63,375 nucleotides of DNA, filler included, from Globobulimina sp. (GCA_003354225.1; 53 parts of 53 records of this genome joined end to end with filler, not necessarily neighbours in it), one strand, 5' to 3'; positions 38,339 to 51,643 are shown, counted from the first letter of the whole stretch. Numbers and translations: made by a program. Notes: generated from the letters alone by a model not told the origin.

Positions 38339-39358
38339 AACCAACTTTCAGATGTCAGCCAGGGTGGGATTGGGAGGTCACATCCCGTCTCATTCGATAA
38401 ATGGAAAAGCGTCGCTCTGCAGTACCGTCTCACCGCAATTTTATTTGTATCAATAATGTCGTCGTTTGTAACCATCGATTTTTCCATCAATTGCAACATT
38501 TTTGCGAATTTTAATTCGATTTCATTCACTTTACTGTCATACCACGCATCTTCATCCAACTCGCTTTCTGTACTTCCAATGCTCGGACTTTTGCTTCGAT
38601 CTTCATCCATCGGTGCCGGGGACGATTTTAATTTGAATAATTCCGCTTTAATCGCTCTCATTCGCTCTAATTTGATCTCATAAGGTTTGATTAATTGGGC
38701 CAGTAATAATTTATAATTAATTCGCCGTACATCATAATCGTTTTTCATTACATTGACGACGACATACAATAAGCAGGTCGTGTTAATCTTATTTAATATT
38801 TGATTATTTAATATTCTTTGCAGTGTGCCATTATTTAATATGCCAATTGGTACGTTGAAGAGGCACATATTTACGGGCTCCATTCAAGTTTCTTTCCAAT
38901 GTAATCGATCTGGATCTCATTATATTTAAATTTCGGATAAGGCGTATTCCAGTTTAGATCCATTAAAATTGATTCCGTCGTCGATCCACTTATCGGAGTT
39001 AGCCGTAATATGGATTTGCTGTCAATTATTTCTGTCGTCGGGATTAGTTCATGTATTCTTAAGCGATGAATTGGATGAGTCATCATTGTCGATTTATAAA
39101 TAATTGCAATGGCTTCGGCATAATCAGGATATTGCCCATTGATCAAATCTTGGAATTTGCTGACTCGCGAATAAATATATAATGAGTTTGCCGATACATC
39201 GACTTTGCTAATCTTGCATTCGTTAATTGCATTCCATGTCAATTTAAATTCTTTTAAGTCCTCAGCCGCTGCCTTTAAATTGATTTTTTCGTGTCGTTTG
39301 TCCCAGAAATCTCCATTTTTTTTAATTTCATAGTCAACGCAAGCACCCGTTTTCTTAA
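38339..39358 (-). pseudogene. Gag/ORF1-like paralogue, frameshifted near 38880 and 5'-interrupted by a transposon end
   Basis: RRYCRATLFHLSNETGCDLPIPPWL aligns with RRWCRNTLFQMNNETGRDLESPSWI of the 35945 ORF. Confidence 0.55.
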
Positions 39359-39360
39359 TA

Positions 39361-39435
39361 CAGTAGTGTTCCCGATAAGAGGTACGCATATTAGTACTAA
39401 TATATATATATTAGTTACTAATATATTTATATTCT
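39361..39435 (+). mobile_element. Tc1/pogo-like transposon or MITE terminus, copy 1
   Basis: TA|CAGTAGTGTTCCCGATAAGAGGTACGCATATTAGTACTAATATATATA; second copy at 47961-48031 in reverse. Confidence 0.75.
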
Positions 39436-39675
39436 NNNNNNNNNNNNNNNNNNNNNNNNNNNNNNNNNNNNNNNNNNNNTTAATTAATTAANNNNNNNNN
39501 NNNNNNNNNNNNNNNNNNNNNNNNNNNNNNNNNNNATTCGAGCAAAAATCGCTCTTCGTTAAGTGGTGATTATTCAAAATGTGTAGAAATTCATCAGGAA
39601 ATTATTGAATTATTAGAAACTGCCGAGAAAGAAACAAAAAACCAATGTGTTGATGAGAAAGATGAAAATCAGAAA

Positions 39676-40200
39676 ATGAAATCGCGATCGAACGATAATG
39701 AGACGAATACAGCAAAATCTTTATCGTCGAGAAGTAAGAACAGATACAAACCACCAAAAACAGCGCATAAATACGACACTGATTATAAGATAAAAAATAA
39801 TTATAATAACCAACGTAATGAACGTGATAATAATTATGGACTGAATAGGAATAGAACACAAACTGCAAATGGATGTCAGGGTGTTGTTAAAAGAAAAACA
39901 TTGAAAGGATTTGGTTTTATCACTCCAAATGATGGGAGCAAAGACATATTTTTTCATCAAACAGAAGTAAAATCGAATGGTGGTTTTGCATCATTGATGC
40001 CACAGCAAAATGTACAATTTGATATTATCGGCACTGATGATGGCAGAAGAAAAGCAGTAAATGTTCAAACCAACAATGATGAAAATGTTAAAACACAGAA
40101 ATACCAATACAATGGCACAAGAGATGGAAATGGTGGAAACAGCAGATTTGGAGGATTTGGTGGACGTAGGCGCTATTCACAGAACAATAATTATGATTAA
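39676..40200 (+). CDS. Cold-shock domain protein with Gly/Arg-rich tail
   Basis: [22 protein letters not shown] (RNP1/RNP2), VQFDI...[15 protein letters not shown]. Confidence 0.9.
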   Translation: MKSRSNDNETNTAKSLSSRSKNRYKPPKTAHKYDTDYKIKNNYNNQRNERDNNYGLNRNRTQTANGCQGVVKRKTLKGFGFITPNDGSKDIFFHQTEVKSNGGFASLMPQQNVQFDIIGTDDGRRKAVNVQTNNDENVKTQKYQYNGTRDGNGGNSRFGGFGGRRRYSQNNNYD

Positions 40201-40732
40201 TACTATCCTATACTAATACTAATACTATCCTATTATTCCTATACTATCCTAACTAATTAATACATCCAAGCTGTTGTTTTTTGTTCTTACTTAAATTTAT
40301 GTATATAATGGCATCCATAAGTGCATGGAGACAGATATCACATTACAAACAGTGGCACCATTCTGTGATGCGTTGCACCTCAACACCTACAGCAGGCACA
40401 ATAAACGAATCGAGGCTATCGAGCAAATACCATTGGCGAAGACAAGTAGGACAACTCTGGAGATCCATTGGTATGACCAACAAAGACGCAGAACAAATGG
40501 TACAACGCGGCGAACATAAGCCATTATTCCGCAAATATAACGTACTCTCGGTCCGTATCTCCGAACTGCGGGAATTATTTCCAAACGCAAACATCGTCCG
40601 AATGATAAAACTGATGCCATCCTTATTGGCCGNNNNNNNNNNNNNNNNNNNNNNNNNNNNNNNNNNNNNNNNNNNNTTAATTAATTAANNNNNNNNNNNN
40701 NNNNNNNNNNNNNNNNNNNNNNNNNNNNNNNN

Positions 40733-41002
40733 GTGTATCCATGGTCCAGACACCATCAACATTTAAATGCGGGCGGATTTATGGGCAAAATTGAGAGTAT
40801 GATTCCTTATTTGAAATGGATGGAGGCAGATTATAATAATTTTACAATTGAAAGAGCGCAAGAAATAAAAGAAAGAGGACGCAATTTTTGGAGAGATCAA
40901 ACGGTTTGGAGAACGATGCATAGATTGTTTTATCCTGATATAAAAATTGACTCTTTTGCTAAACTGTGGAGTAGAACTGATGTTTATATGTATGATTTGT
41001 GA
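40733..41002 (+). CDS. PLOD-type glycosyltransferase domain, C-terminal fragment
   Basis: LNAGGFMG...RDQ...IKIDSFAKLW. Confidence 0.55.
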   Translation: MYPWSRHHQHLNAGGFMGKIESMIPYLKWMEADYNNFTIERAQEIKERGRNFWRDQTVWRTMHRLFYPDIKIDSFAKLWSRTDVYMYDL

Positions 41003-41191
41003 ACAAGAAACAAAAACTTTTCACATTTAACTTGTACTGGGTTTGTTATAACTTTGTCTTGGGTTTGCAAATCCAGCACAAAGTCAAACCAAACATGTCG
41101 TTCAGGGTGGGGTTATCTTTTGAGAGTGTTTTTGTAGTCTAACAGCGTTGAATCATGGACACATTCGATGATTATCATGATTTAGATTAAG

Positions 41192-41829
41192 ATGTTCCTC
41201 TATTATAATCCGACAGTGAATGTTGTTGTATTGGGTTCAAATTTAGAAGACTCAGCATCTGATTTGTTTGACGATAACTTAGGCACAGTGGAATGGCTCA
41301 GTAAGGAACAAGTTGCAGAAGATATATCAATACAAGAGTATTGTACCAAAAATGATTTGGAAATATTCCATATACAGAACCAAACAGTTATTGCTTATAC
41401 AGATGAAAAAAAGTATAAAGAATACCCAGAGATTGAACAGAAAACATGGATTCTTATACAATGGATAATATTTAAAACGGCAGAACTTCTTAATCTATCA
41501 TTTAATGGTAAAGTAAAAACACACACAGTTGATAACAATGCAAATTTTGCAAAAATACCAAGCATTATTCCAAATGATTTAGTGCATCATCTATGTCATA
41601 TTCATGTACGATTATTTATTACATCATGTTATTTTGAGAATATTGATACTATTTATAAGAAATGGTTAGCATCTGGAGAATCAGGCATCAATATATTAAC
41701 CAGATATAGCGTGAGCATGCGCACGAGATGTGTTATTCAATCAAAAAAAGAGATATTCTATGAATATATGGTTACAAATAAGTGTTTGAAACCGTTTGAA
41801 TCATTAACAGTTTCTGGATACATTCGAAT
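41192..41829 (+). CDS. Hypothetical protein, partial
   Basis: More than 210 open codons; no motif recognised. Confidence 0.4.
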
Positions 41830-41929
41830 NNNNNNNNNNNNNNNNNNNNNNNNNNNNNNNNNNNNNNNNNNNNTTAATTAATTAANNNNNNNNNNNNNNN
41901 NNNNNNNNNNNNNNNNNNNNNNNNNNNNN

Positions 41930-43026
41930 GATGAAAGGATCGATGATGATTGTTGTTTGGATGCCACTGCAAATGTTCGTGAATCACATGGGGACGCCCA
42001 TCCGCCGGTATTGGGACAAGATTGCCCGATGACCACAGGGACAAATAGCGAACACGGGTACAATGGAGAACTTCAAGGTAGAAATCGACTAACTTATCCA
42101 AGGACTGGCGATGATCTGTATTGTAATGAACTTATGATGACAGCCCCAGGACACCAAAGATTAATTGATGTGGAAAGACAATTAGCTGATTTTGAAATGG
42201 GAAATATGTCTTTGTGTTCGGAGAGATTAGATGAACAGAGAAACACTGAAATGAAAAGGCCATATGGTGAATCAACAGAGGAGAGTGCAGTATCAGAGGA
42301 AGCAAGAAGACCATCATATGAATTGAATGCTTTTGATCATCCCAGAGTTGTCAGACATGGTGACCTTTTGTCATCCATGGTCAGACGACCTATGGATGAG
42401 TGGGAAAGGCAACATCAAAGGAATGCTGAACTTGAGCCAGTGACAAGTCAAGCTGATCATTCGAGAGAGGATATTTCGAGAATTCAATCAGAAACCGGTG
42501 ATGACATGGAGAGTCAGTGCAGAGAAGCCCTTCGAAGTCAAAGTGAAATGTATCATGGTAGAAGAAGGGGGAATGATGATTATGATTCAGAAACTTCATT
42601 ACAATCAAGTGAAGGAGATGATACTTATCAGTCAAGCACATCTGTGCCAGGTAGACTACATCATCAGAGATGTCATTACAATAGAACTCCAAGATATGCT
42701 GAACGAAGGAGAGAAGGGGAGCAAGAGGAAAATCAAAACAATAGAGAAAGGGATAGAAGGAGAAGAAATGGAAATCAATCAGGGTGTTATCCTAACCAAG
42801 GTGGCAGAGGAGGTGACCCCGGTGACAGCAGTGGCTCCAGTGATGATGACAGGGGAAATGATCGACGAGGTGATGAACGAGGAAGGAGATGGAGCGATGA
42901 AGGCAGAGGAAGAAGAGATCAAGGGCCTCCAGGGGATCAACAGCCTAGACCGGCAGATGATCCATATGGAGAGCAACCTCAACAGGCTTGTGACGATGTA
43001 CTGAATGCTCTACAGGAACAAGTGAA
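41930..43026 (+). CDS. R/D/E/G-rich disordered protein, possibly retroelement gag N-terminus
   Basis: Intronless open frame over the whole contig; purine-rich and higher GC than neighbours; GGDPGDSSGSSDDD linker. Confidence 0.4.
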
Positions 43027-43389
43027 NNNNNNNNNNNNNNNNNNNNNNNNNNNNNNNNNNNNNNNNNNNNTTAATTAATTAANNNNNNNNNNNNNNNNNN
43101 NNNNNNNNNNNNNNNNNNNNNNNNNNATGCAAAAACATCCTCGTTTCTTTCCGCATGCTTCCTTATTTTGCAATCGTAGTTTCGACGTAGACCAGATTTG
43201 TATCGTATCAATTAAACACCGATAAATCATTGCGTGGTTAATTTGCACTTGTTACCGGATTAAGTCATGAACAACAAAATGACCAAGAAGCAAATAATGA
43301 AATTATGGGGTATGTTGCACTCGATTTTATTCGTTTGAAACGTCATTATATAATTTAATAAACTAATTCTAATCATTACTAAAAATTAG

Positions 43390-44159
43390 GTGTTAAAAAA
43401 AAATTCATCATCGCAAAAATAAAACACGTAAATTCCATCATTGAAAGCGGTTTGAGCGACTTATATATATTAAATAAATTGAATGAACACGGCATGGACG
43501 TTGGAAATGTCATTGTTGATATTCTCGAAACAAAAGACATTGACAACAATGATAATAACCGCCATAATCATAATCATAATAATAACAATAGTCATGAAAG
43601 TGAATCGGATGAGGCGCATACACAAAGCCCAGAAAATATCGAGAACAATAAAAATAAGAAGAAAAATCGCCGCCGACCAAAGAGACCAAAACCAATGACA
43701 ACAAACCAAAATGTGAATAATTCGAAACCAAATAGAAATAGAAAGAGAAAACGAGAGAATAATAATGAAACTGTCGATGGCGAGCCAGTTAGCAAAAAGC
43801 GAAGAATCGAAGATAATAATAATAATGAACAAGAATTGGCCATGTCATTGATATTAAATGTATTAAATCAACAAAATGATAAACAATTGCCTTTCTATGA
43901 CTTATCAACAAAAGTAAATGAAAAAATAAAAGGTAATGGTGGACAAAGTTGGTACAGAGCGTATCGGCCAACATTGGGGACATTTGATGAATTTGTAAAG
44001 AACAATGACCGATTTAATATTGAGTTAACTTCGCGGAGCAATTTTATCGTGAAACTAAATGAGATTGGAACTATTGACTATGATTCTGAGCAAACAATGG
44101 ATTTAGATGAAGAGCTCGAGAATAAGGATATTGAATTAGTGGATAATATTAATGTTTAG
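43390..44159 (+). CDS. Nuclear protein last exon with possible winged-helix (LOTUS-like) domain
   Basis: Basic NLS-like tracts; LILNVL...LSTKV...LGTFDEFVKNNDRF. Confidence 0.4.
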
Positions 44160-44323
44160 TTGTAATCATTTTTATTGTTTTTACCGTTTTCTTATTTGAT
44201 ATATACATATATATACGGTATATNNNNNNNNNNNNNNNNNNNNNNNNNNNNNNNNNNNNNNNNNNNNTTAATTAATTAANNNNNNNNNNNNNNNNNNNNN
44301 NNNNNNNNNNNNNNNNNNNNNNN

Positions 44324-45420
44324 ATGTCCAATGTATCTAAATTTATATAATTTAGGCCGATTTTGTTGGTCCATTTATGATAATAAAACCGGATTGAATC
44401 CTTCCACACCGCTTTGAATATCTGAGATGAGTAAAAGACAGATAAACTCTCCAAGAATAGTTTATATTCATTGTACCACGACCACTCCTCATTTACTGTC
44501 TGCTTTAATTGTATCCTATCAACGTGCAATTTCCTTTGATGCAACTCATTGATGCTTTGGTCCCACGTCGTATCATCTGATGGCGCGAAATGAGTGAAAA
44601 ATATCTCTAATGAGTTTTTAATTTGTTTCTGCGTCTTATATTTGAATATAACACCATCCACTTTCACGTCGATATTGGTATCAATGGCACCGCCAACACG
44701 TCGATACAACTTATTTAATGAGGAATATATTTTACCCATCAATACTTCAATTATTTTCTCATGCAATTTTGCAGCGGCAATGGAATTGCGAACTTTTTGC
44801 CACCAATCGATAAAATTCGCAATTAAATCTTTGCAATATGTGATTTTTGAGCCATTTTCATGTTGACATAATCGATGACAATATTTCACGCAAAAATTAC
44901 CATAACCTGCAGTATAAAAATAATACAACATTTCGACATTGTTAATATCCTCATCGTGACAGTTGAAATGTTCGTTATCCACAGCCAAGAATCGCTTCAA
45001 AATGTTATGGCAAATATGCGATTTATAATAAGACATTAATGGTTTCTGTGTACCCGATTTATATTCATCCATATCAGCGGTCAACAAAGTTTCTTCCAAT
45101 AAGTCTAATTTTGATATTTTAGAATTAAATTTATCGCCACGAGGATCAATCACATATTCAGAGGATTCGCCATTTAATATCTCTCGATATGTACAGGGCG
45201 GATTATCGGCAATCAATAATTTTATATTATCTTTAATTTGTTTATCGATGATAACATCCAACCACTCATCAAATCGCATCTTATTTATCCTATCTTTATA
45301 GGTTTTAATCGTATCTATGAATGGGTCAATGGGTAACTTATAATCACCGATCAAAATATATAATGTCTGCCGCAAACCATAATGTTGCCAAAATAAATCA
45401 TATATTACACCTAATCGCGT
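44324..45420 (-). CDS. Internal fragment of a large helical protein
   Basis: Open frame across the contig; no motif recognised. Confidence 0.5.
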
Positions 45421-45723
45421 NNNNNNNNNNNNNNNNNNNNNNNNNNNNNNNNNNNNNNNNNNNNTTAATTAATTAANNNNNNNNNNNNNNNNNNNNNNNN
45501 NNNNNNNNNNNNNNNNNNNNATACAATCTTTTGATATCATGTACCCTCATTTTGTATTTATTGTACAAATTGTTTTCTTTTTGGAATGCGTTTTTGGTTC
45601 AAAAAAAACAGGCAAACAAAAACAAATTAAAATTAACGACAAAGAAACTTACGAAATAAAGCAACCAAAGAAAACAAAAAAGAAACAAAAAGTGCCACAT
45701 AAATGTCTGTGCGATATTTTATT

Positions 45724-46617
45724 TTATTGTTGAGTTTTAATGGTGATGGGCGGTCCAAATTTTTTCTCATTTTGTTTATGTGTTTGTGATTTCAAATGTC
45801 GCGTATAAGACGACCTTTGTCCAAATCGCTTATGACAAACCGTACATTCATGTGGCTTCTCCCCCGTATGAGTCAAATGATGATTAATTCGGGCCCGCGA
45901 ATCCTTAAATCGTTTGGGACAATATTTACATTTAAATGGTCTCTCGCCAGTATGTACACGAATATGTACTTTTAAATTCTGTTTCAATGTAAATCTCTTG
46001 CCACAATACGTGCATCCAAATCTTTTCAGGGCCTCGGCACCCGATTTCTTCTTATCTTTGCCCTCATGGTTGCCACTGTTGCTATTACTGTCTATTAATG
46101 CATTTTGCGCTGTTTTCAATGATGGAATTCCTAAATCATTATTCAATATATTTACTAATGAATTCTGATTTGCATCTGGACACTGTATAATTATACAAAG
46201 GTATCAAGACACAGCAAACAGTCAAAGACAAACCTGTGTCAACTCAAATGCAGTGACGTTTGGAAACTGTGCAACCATATTACTAAAATTTAAATTATGC
46301 GGTAAAGTGGGTACTGTTAAGTTCGTGTTGTTGGAGATTGGTTGTATGGATATATTGGTGGCATTGGCGTGTTGTATGGAGGTCGGTGAGCTGCCACTTT
46401 GCGAGGAAGTCGATGTGGTGGAGGTTGTGCTGTGATTGATTTGCATGGAGGGAGGACACGGCATAGTGGTCATATTAAATGCATTGTTATTCGCATGGTT
46501 GTTATTATTATTACTGGTGGTCATGAACGAATTTTTTGTATTTGTTGCATTGTTTACCGTCGGTGCAGTATCATGCGAGGTGGTGATGGGAAATATGTTG
46601 GCCGTGTGAGGGTTAAC
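45724..46617 (-). CDS. C2H2 zinc-finger transcription factor, spliced, partial
   Basis: Three C2H2 fingers with HTGERPF/HTGEKPH linkers; upstream N/S/T-rich exon; intron at about 46183-46233. Confidence 0.93.
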
Positions 46618-46717
46618 NNNNNNNNNNNNNNNNNNNNNNNNNNNNNNNNNNNNNNNNNNNNTTAATTAATTAANNNNNNNNNNNNNNNNNNNNNNNNNNN
46701 NNNNNNNNNNNNNNNNN

Positions 46718-47090
46718 CCATCTCCATATAATAACACTGAATGATTTTCTCCTGAATTATAGCTTTTCGTTTTTGTTGCTGGTTTCATGAATTCAGGTGT
46801 CATAAACCCTGTTGCTGTACGAATTGGTTCAGTATCAATAAAATGTATTTCACATGGATAAAATCCCCAAATCTTACTGTGACATATGCATTTGGACGTT
46901 TCTTCATTGTCAATCCATTGTTACTGATTTCAATGCCACAAATTCCTATTTGATCAAATGTGAATGGTAATGGATAGTTTTGCGCAATAATAATTTTAAT
47001 GCAATCAGGTATATTGTGTGTTGATTGCAACATGTTCTCTATTCCTCGAATGTAACCATATATTAACAGTGCTCTATATTTCTTGTTCAT
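46718..47090 (-). CDS. Protein with LxxxGYIR...IPxxI N-terminal box followed by a SPRY-like start
   Basis: LLIYGYIRGIE...NIPDCIKIIIAQNY...IEISNNGLTM; from recollection, a family expanded in foraminifera. Confidence 0.5.
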
Positions 47091-47375
47091 GATTACCTCA
47101 AAAACCTTTGATTTACTATTTATGACTTTTCATCGCGAGCTTAAAACAGTAGAAACCCGAAATAATTCTCAGCCGTATTTATGGTAGAAACAGTACATAT
47201 TTATGGTAGAAACGAAAGAAACGAAACAAATAAAAAACCCCCCAACAAGTCCGATATAACAACAAATCAAATGTGACACTGATCAGTCATAGTATTTTCT
47301 CATTGAAATGAGACTTAATCAAAAACAATTTAGTTAAAAAAAAAACCAAACCAAACCAACAACAAATTAAAAAAA

Positions 47376-47814
47376 TCATTCATCTTCGTCAACATTCTGT
47401 TGATCGACATTCATTTGCAACGTAGCCGTAGTCGTAGTCGTAACCGGAATCGCCTCATCCAAATTATTCTGATCATGACTCTGATCGCCGGCACTCGCAT
47501 CGCCATCCACCGCACCGCCGCCACCTCCATTATTATTCTGACTATCATCACTCCGCAAAGCGGTCTGTCTCTTCCTCGATCGATGTCTATCCCGCTCCCG
47601 ATACTCCCTATCACTGCGACTATGGTTATGTCGATGTCTCCGTTTATGTCTCCTTTTCTCTCTATCCCTCTCCCGCTCGCCTTCAGGCACAACGCCATGC
47701 CGTCTCTCATCCCGATCCCTATGCTCATGCCGTCGTTTCTTGCGCGAATTGCCATGCCTCCGTCTCCGCGAATGCTTCGATCGCGATCTACTTCGACTCC
47801 TCGACCGGCTGCCG
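47376..47814 (-). CDS. RS/RE-rich protein C-terminus (splicing-factor-like)
   Basis: SRSRSR and RDRE repeats in one open frame. Confidence 0.55.
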
Positions 47815-47960
47815 NNNNNNNNNNNNNNNNNNNNNNNNNNNNNNNNNNNNNNNNNNNNTTAATTAATTAANNNNNNNNNNNNNNNNNNNNNNNNNNNNNN
47901 NNNNNNNNNNNNNNTATATATTATATATTAGTAAAAAAATGCGTGACATGTGCTCCATTC

Positions 47961-48031
47961 TATAAATATATTAGTGCAACTAATATATATATTAGTACTA
48001 ATATGCGTACCTCTTATCGGGAACACTACTG
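47961..48031 (-). mobile_element. Tc1/pogo-like transposon or MITE terminus, copy 2
   Basis: ...ATTAGTACTAATATGCGTACCTCTTATCGGGAACACTACTG|TA; reverse complement of the 39361 copy. Confidence 0.75.
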
Positions 48032-48285
48032 TAATTGGATTTAACTCGATGAGATTATGATGTCCTAGATTGCTATGGTTCCCACGATGTAAAATACTAG
48101 AAGAGGAAAATAAGACAGACAGGAATTTATGGTTGCGATGATTGCGGTTTTATACAACCATTCTCTGCGCATCACCCAGCAAAGGTGCATGGCTGTGAGT
48201 TGTCTGAATGAGAGAGTCTCGAAATTGAAACAAATGCGCTGCGGTAAATAGTATAATATCAGTATGCATGTTATTGAATTGTTCA

Positions 48286-48817
48286 TCAATCCCAAAGAAA
48301 AAACATCTTTCTATATAATTTACCTTTAAATTTGCATTCAATAAACAACCGATAATGTCTGACACTAACATTATTCCGAAAAAAACATAATTTGCCACTC
48401 ACAACGTCACCTTTTACCACTTTTATCTGCTCACTCAATGGAAACAACGTTTGACTCCAATGGGTTCGCGTCGCGTTCGGCGAAGTATCCAATATCACCA
48501 CATCCTTATCATTCTTCTCTTTATCCAATGGATTAAATATAACATCAAACCATCCCGCAAAACCACAAAATAATCCATTTTTATTAAACACAAATTCAAA
48601 TTCAGTCTCCAATGTCTCTAAATCGTCCTTTTCTGTGCATTGATACATATCATAATGTTTGACAATCATTCCTTTGTCGCATAATAAGTTTTTGCCATCA
48701 ATCTCTATTTCATAGGTCGCGTGAGCTAAAAATAATTCTCTCGCGTCCTCTCGCAATGGCTTCATATTAACACCATACACATCATCAAAATAATTGATCT
48801 TTTCATCAATATGACCA
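48286..48817 (-). CDS. Protein arginine methyltransferase, C-terminal beta-barrel exon
   Basis: FDDVYGVNM, GFAGWFDVIF, LDTSP...THWSQT (THW loop); AG acceptor at 48818. Confidence 0.9.
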
Positions 48818-48885
48818 CTGCAAAAATGCAAAATGTACAAAGATTATCGCAGTATATATATGTTTTTACTTTTTATATATATGAT

Positions 48886-49011
48886 ATACCTCAAATCAAT
48901 GGGACCAAAGTACAAGTTACAATGACTAAAACGAGCGATGGCGAAGAGAAAATTGATTTAACTGCATTGTTAAAGTTACTCGCTAAACGAGGTTTAAATG
49001 ATGTTTATATT
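48886..49011 (+). CDS. RibD reductase-domain-like fragment
   Basis: KIDLTALLKLLAKRGLNDVYI resembles the RibD segment before the E-x-G motif. Confidence 0.45.
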
Positions 49012-50023
49012 NNNNNNNNNNNNNNNNNNNNNNNNNNNNNNNNNNNNNNNNNNNNTTAATTAATTAANNNNNNNNNNNNNNNNNNNNNNNNNNNNNNNNN
49101 NNNNNNNNNNNATCTTTTGAAACATCATGGGATCTCGTTCTCATACTAAAATTTTCTTTTAGAGTTCAATTTCGAGAAAATGGGTGTTGTGTATGCAAAA
49201 TTTACTACAATGGAGGGGAATCTGGCCGAAGGCCAGAAATTTTGAGAAAATTGCTGTTTTAGAAGCAAAATGTTCCATTGTTCGAGTCAACATCCCAGAG
49301 TACACACCGAATCCCCTGGTGCAAATTCCCCTGAGTTTCCATAAAACAATCGCATAATCTGGTCAAGTCCGAAATCTGGGGGTTAATTTTTGCGTTTCCT
49401 GAAGGATAAAAAATTGACAATCAACAACGTAGCCAGAAACGGCCATTGTTACACATTCTCTTGACAATTTCCAAGAATTTAAATATTTTCACCAAAATTT
49501 AAACTAAGTGACTGTTTCTTGCATTCTAAATTATATCATACCTTTGGCAATCTCTGATTAGGAAGTACTTGTCCATCTTTAAACTTTAGCATATCAAATG
49601 CTTTATCATTAACTTTGAGAAGTCGATGTCATTCTCTCATCATTGGGTGTGACTGCCTTTCTACGTTCACTGTTGCATTTTTCATTTTACATGCCCATAA
49701 AAAACATCGATTGGGGTTACCTTCATTTGGTGGCGCCAAGACAATAATAATTGAAAACAACTAATTTGTAATCATAATAAACACCAATTACTTTGGTTAG
49801 GGTTAGGGAATTGGCGAAAAAGGGGAGGAAATGATTGCAAAGATAAAGTTCACAAAATCTTGAAAACAAATCTGATACCGCACTTTAACCACTGATTACG
49901 TTTGCGATAATGATAAATATAGGTTGTGTAAATGGTTAATTTGCTATTCTGCGGAGTGCGTGCTTTATCGCGTAAAAGTTATGCCACAAAAAAATTAATA
50001 TTTTCAATTTTGTCGACTACGAA

Positions 50024-50182
50024 AATACCCAATACCCTATACCCGATTCGGGTACAAAAAGGCCGAAATCGGGTATGGGTATAACATTTTATACCTGATC
50101 GGGTATTGGGTATGGGTGGGTAGAATACTCCGAAAATACCCGATTTCGGGTATTGGGTATGGGTATACCCGGACAACAGTAG
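50024..50182. mobile_element. MITE-like element built from ATACCC/GGGTAT repeats
   Basis: AATACCCAATACCCTATACCCGATTCGGGTA, multiple CGGGTAT(T)GGGTAT, ending CCCGGACAACAGTA. Confidence 0.65.
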
Positions 50183-50485
50183 GGCTTACAAGTGGACGTG
50201 ATACTTGCNNNNNNNNNNNNNNNNNNNNNNNNNNNNNNNNNNNNNNNNNNNNTTAATTAATTAANNNNNNNNNNNNNNNNNNNNNNNNNNNNNNNNNNNN
50301 NNNNNNNNTTATTATATTAATATTTTGTTTAAGTTACGCCTTTGAGCTTCACTAAATAATACAATTTGCGTGTTTATACATCAGACAAATTCTAGCTCTC
50401 GTAATGTCACCGGTTTGAACTATTAACTTATAATCAAAAACTAATAATAACTTATAATTTAATTTCATTACCAAAGATTCTCGCA

Positions 50486-51347
50486 ATGTCACCATTAACA
50501 TTATTTCTTAGCATTTCACTATTCGTGTCATGTAACAGCGAAACAAGGAACACAGCTCTGGACAAACCCAACATAGTGTTCATAATGGCAGATGACTTGG
50601 GTTGGGGCAACGTAGGTTTGTACAGTATTTTCCGTCGTTACAAATGATGAAAAACCAAACAACAAAAACAGGATATCACAACAAAGAAAATCCAGAAGTA
50701 AAAACGCCAAATATTGATTATTTAGCAAAACATGGTTTACAACTGGACCGACATTATGTTGACGCCGAATGTTCGCCCACACGAACCTCATTCCAATCTG
50801 GTACGTAACCCATAATTTGCATACTATATACCTACTTATCTCTGAATATAAACATTAGGCCGTTTACCAGTGCACGTAAACACAAACAACAACGACGGCA
50901 TCACAGACTCAACAATGGGTATACCGCCAGATATGACCTGCATAGCCTCCAAATTAAAAACCGCCGGATACTCTACACATATGGTACGTATATGATTAGT
51001 TTGCATTCCATGTAGCATTTATATACATTGTCTGTATGAATGAATAGGTTGGTAAATGGGACGTAGGTTTCGCCAGTTTTAAACAAATACCAATATCGCG
51101 TGGCTATGACACGAGTTTTGGATATTTGGGCAAAAGCATTGAGTATTTCACTAAAGCGGGAGACAGTGTGTGTTCACAGAAATATATCGATTTGTGGGAG
51201 AATGATGGCCCGGCAAAGGAACGGCCGGAAGCTATCGAAAAGGACGAATATGCAGAATACGTTTTCGCTAAAAAAGTACTCACAAAAATTGACGAAATGG
51301 GTGCGAGGACAGTGGAGCATGACAAGTATCCGTTTTTTATCTTTTAG
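50486..51347 (+). CDS. Arylsulfatase B-like secreted sulfatase, four exons visible
   Basis: Signal peptide; KPNIVFIMADDLGWGNV|GYHN...TPNIDYLA...CSPTR (CxPxR)...SG|RLP...GYSTHM|VGKWD...RGYDTSFGY. Confidence 0.92.
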
Positions 51348-51643
51348 GCGTATTCCAAGTGCCTAGACTGCTACACCTTTCAAGCAGGCCTCAACACAAG
51401 AGTCGNNNNNNNNNNNNNNNNNNNNNNNNNNNNNNNNNNNNNNNNNNNNTTAATTAATTAANNNNNNNNNNNNNNNNNNNNNNNNNNNNNNNNNNNNNNN
51501 NNNNNGCAAGGCAACACCATATTTTATTTAAGTACAGTAAGAGCATTAAGAATTTTTATATAAGAATATGAGTGAGAAAGTAAGAATTATATAAGTATAT
51601 TTATATCATTATATAGCATAGTATTATAGAATTATATAGCATT

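Noticed and set aside
32354-39435. Apparent cluster of RT, endonuclease, gag and attC sites as one novel system
   Set aside because: Each part is on a separate contig ordered by length; there is no evidence of linkage, and the attC contig is bacterial.
49793-49808. (TTAGGG)2 telomere-like sequence
   Set aside because: Only two internal copies; compatible with chance.
51345-51347. In-frame TAG in the sulfatase as stop-codon reassignment
   Set aside because: Other genes here end at TAA, TAG or TGA normally, and similarity appears to end after the stop; a chimera or mutation is more likely.
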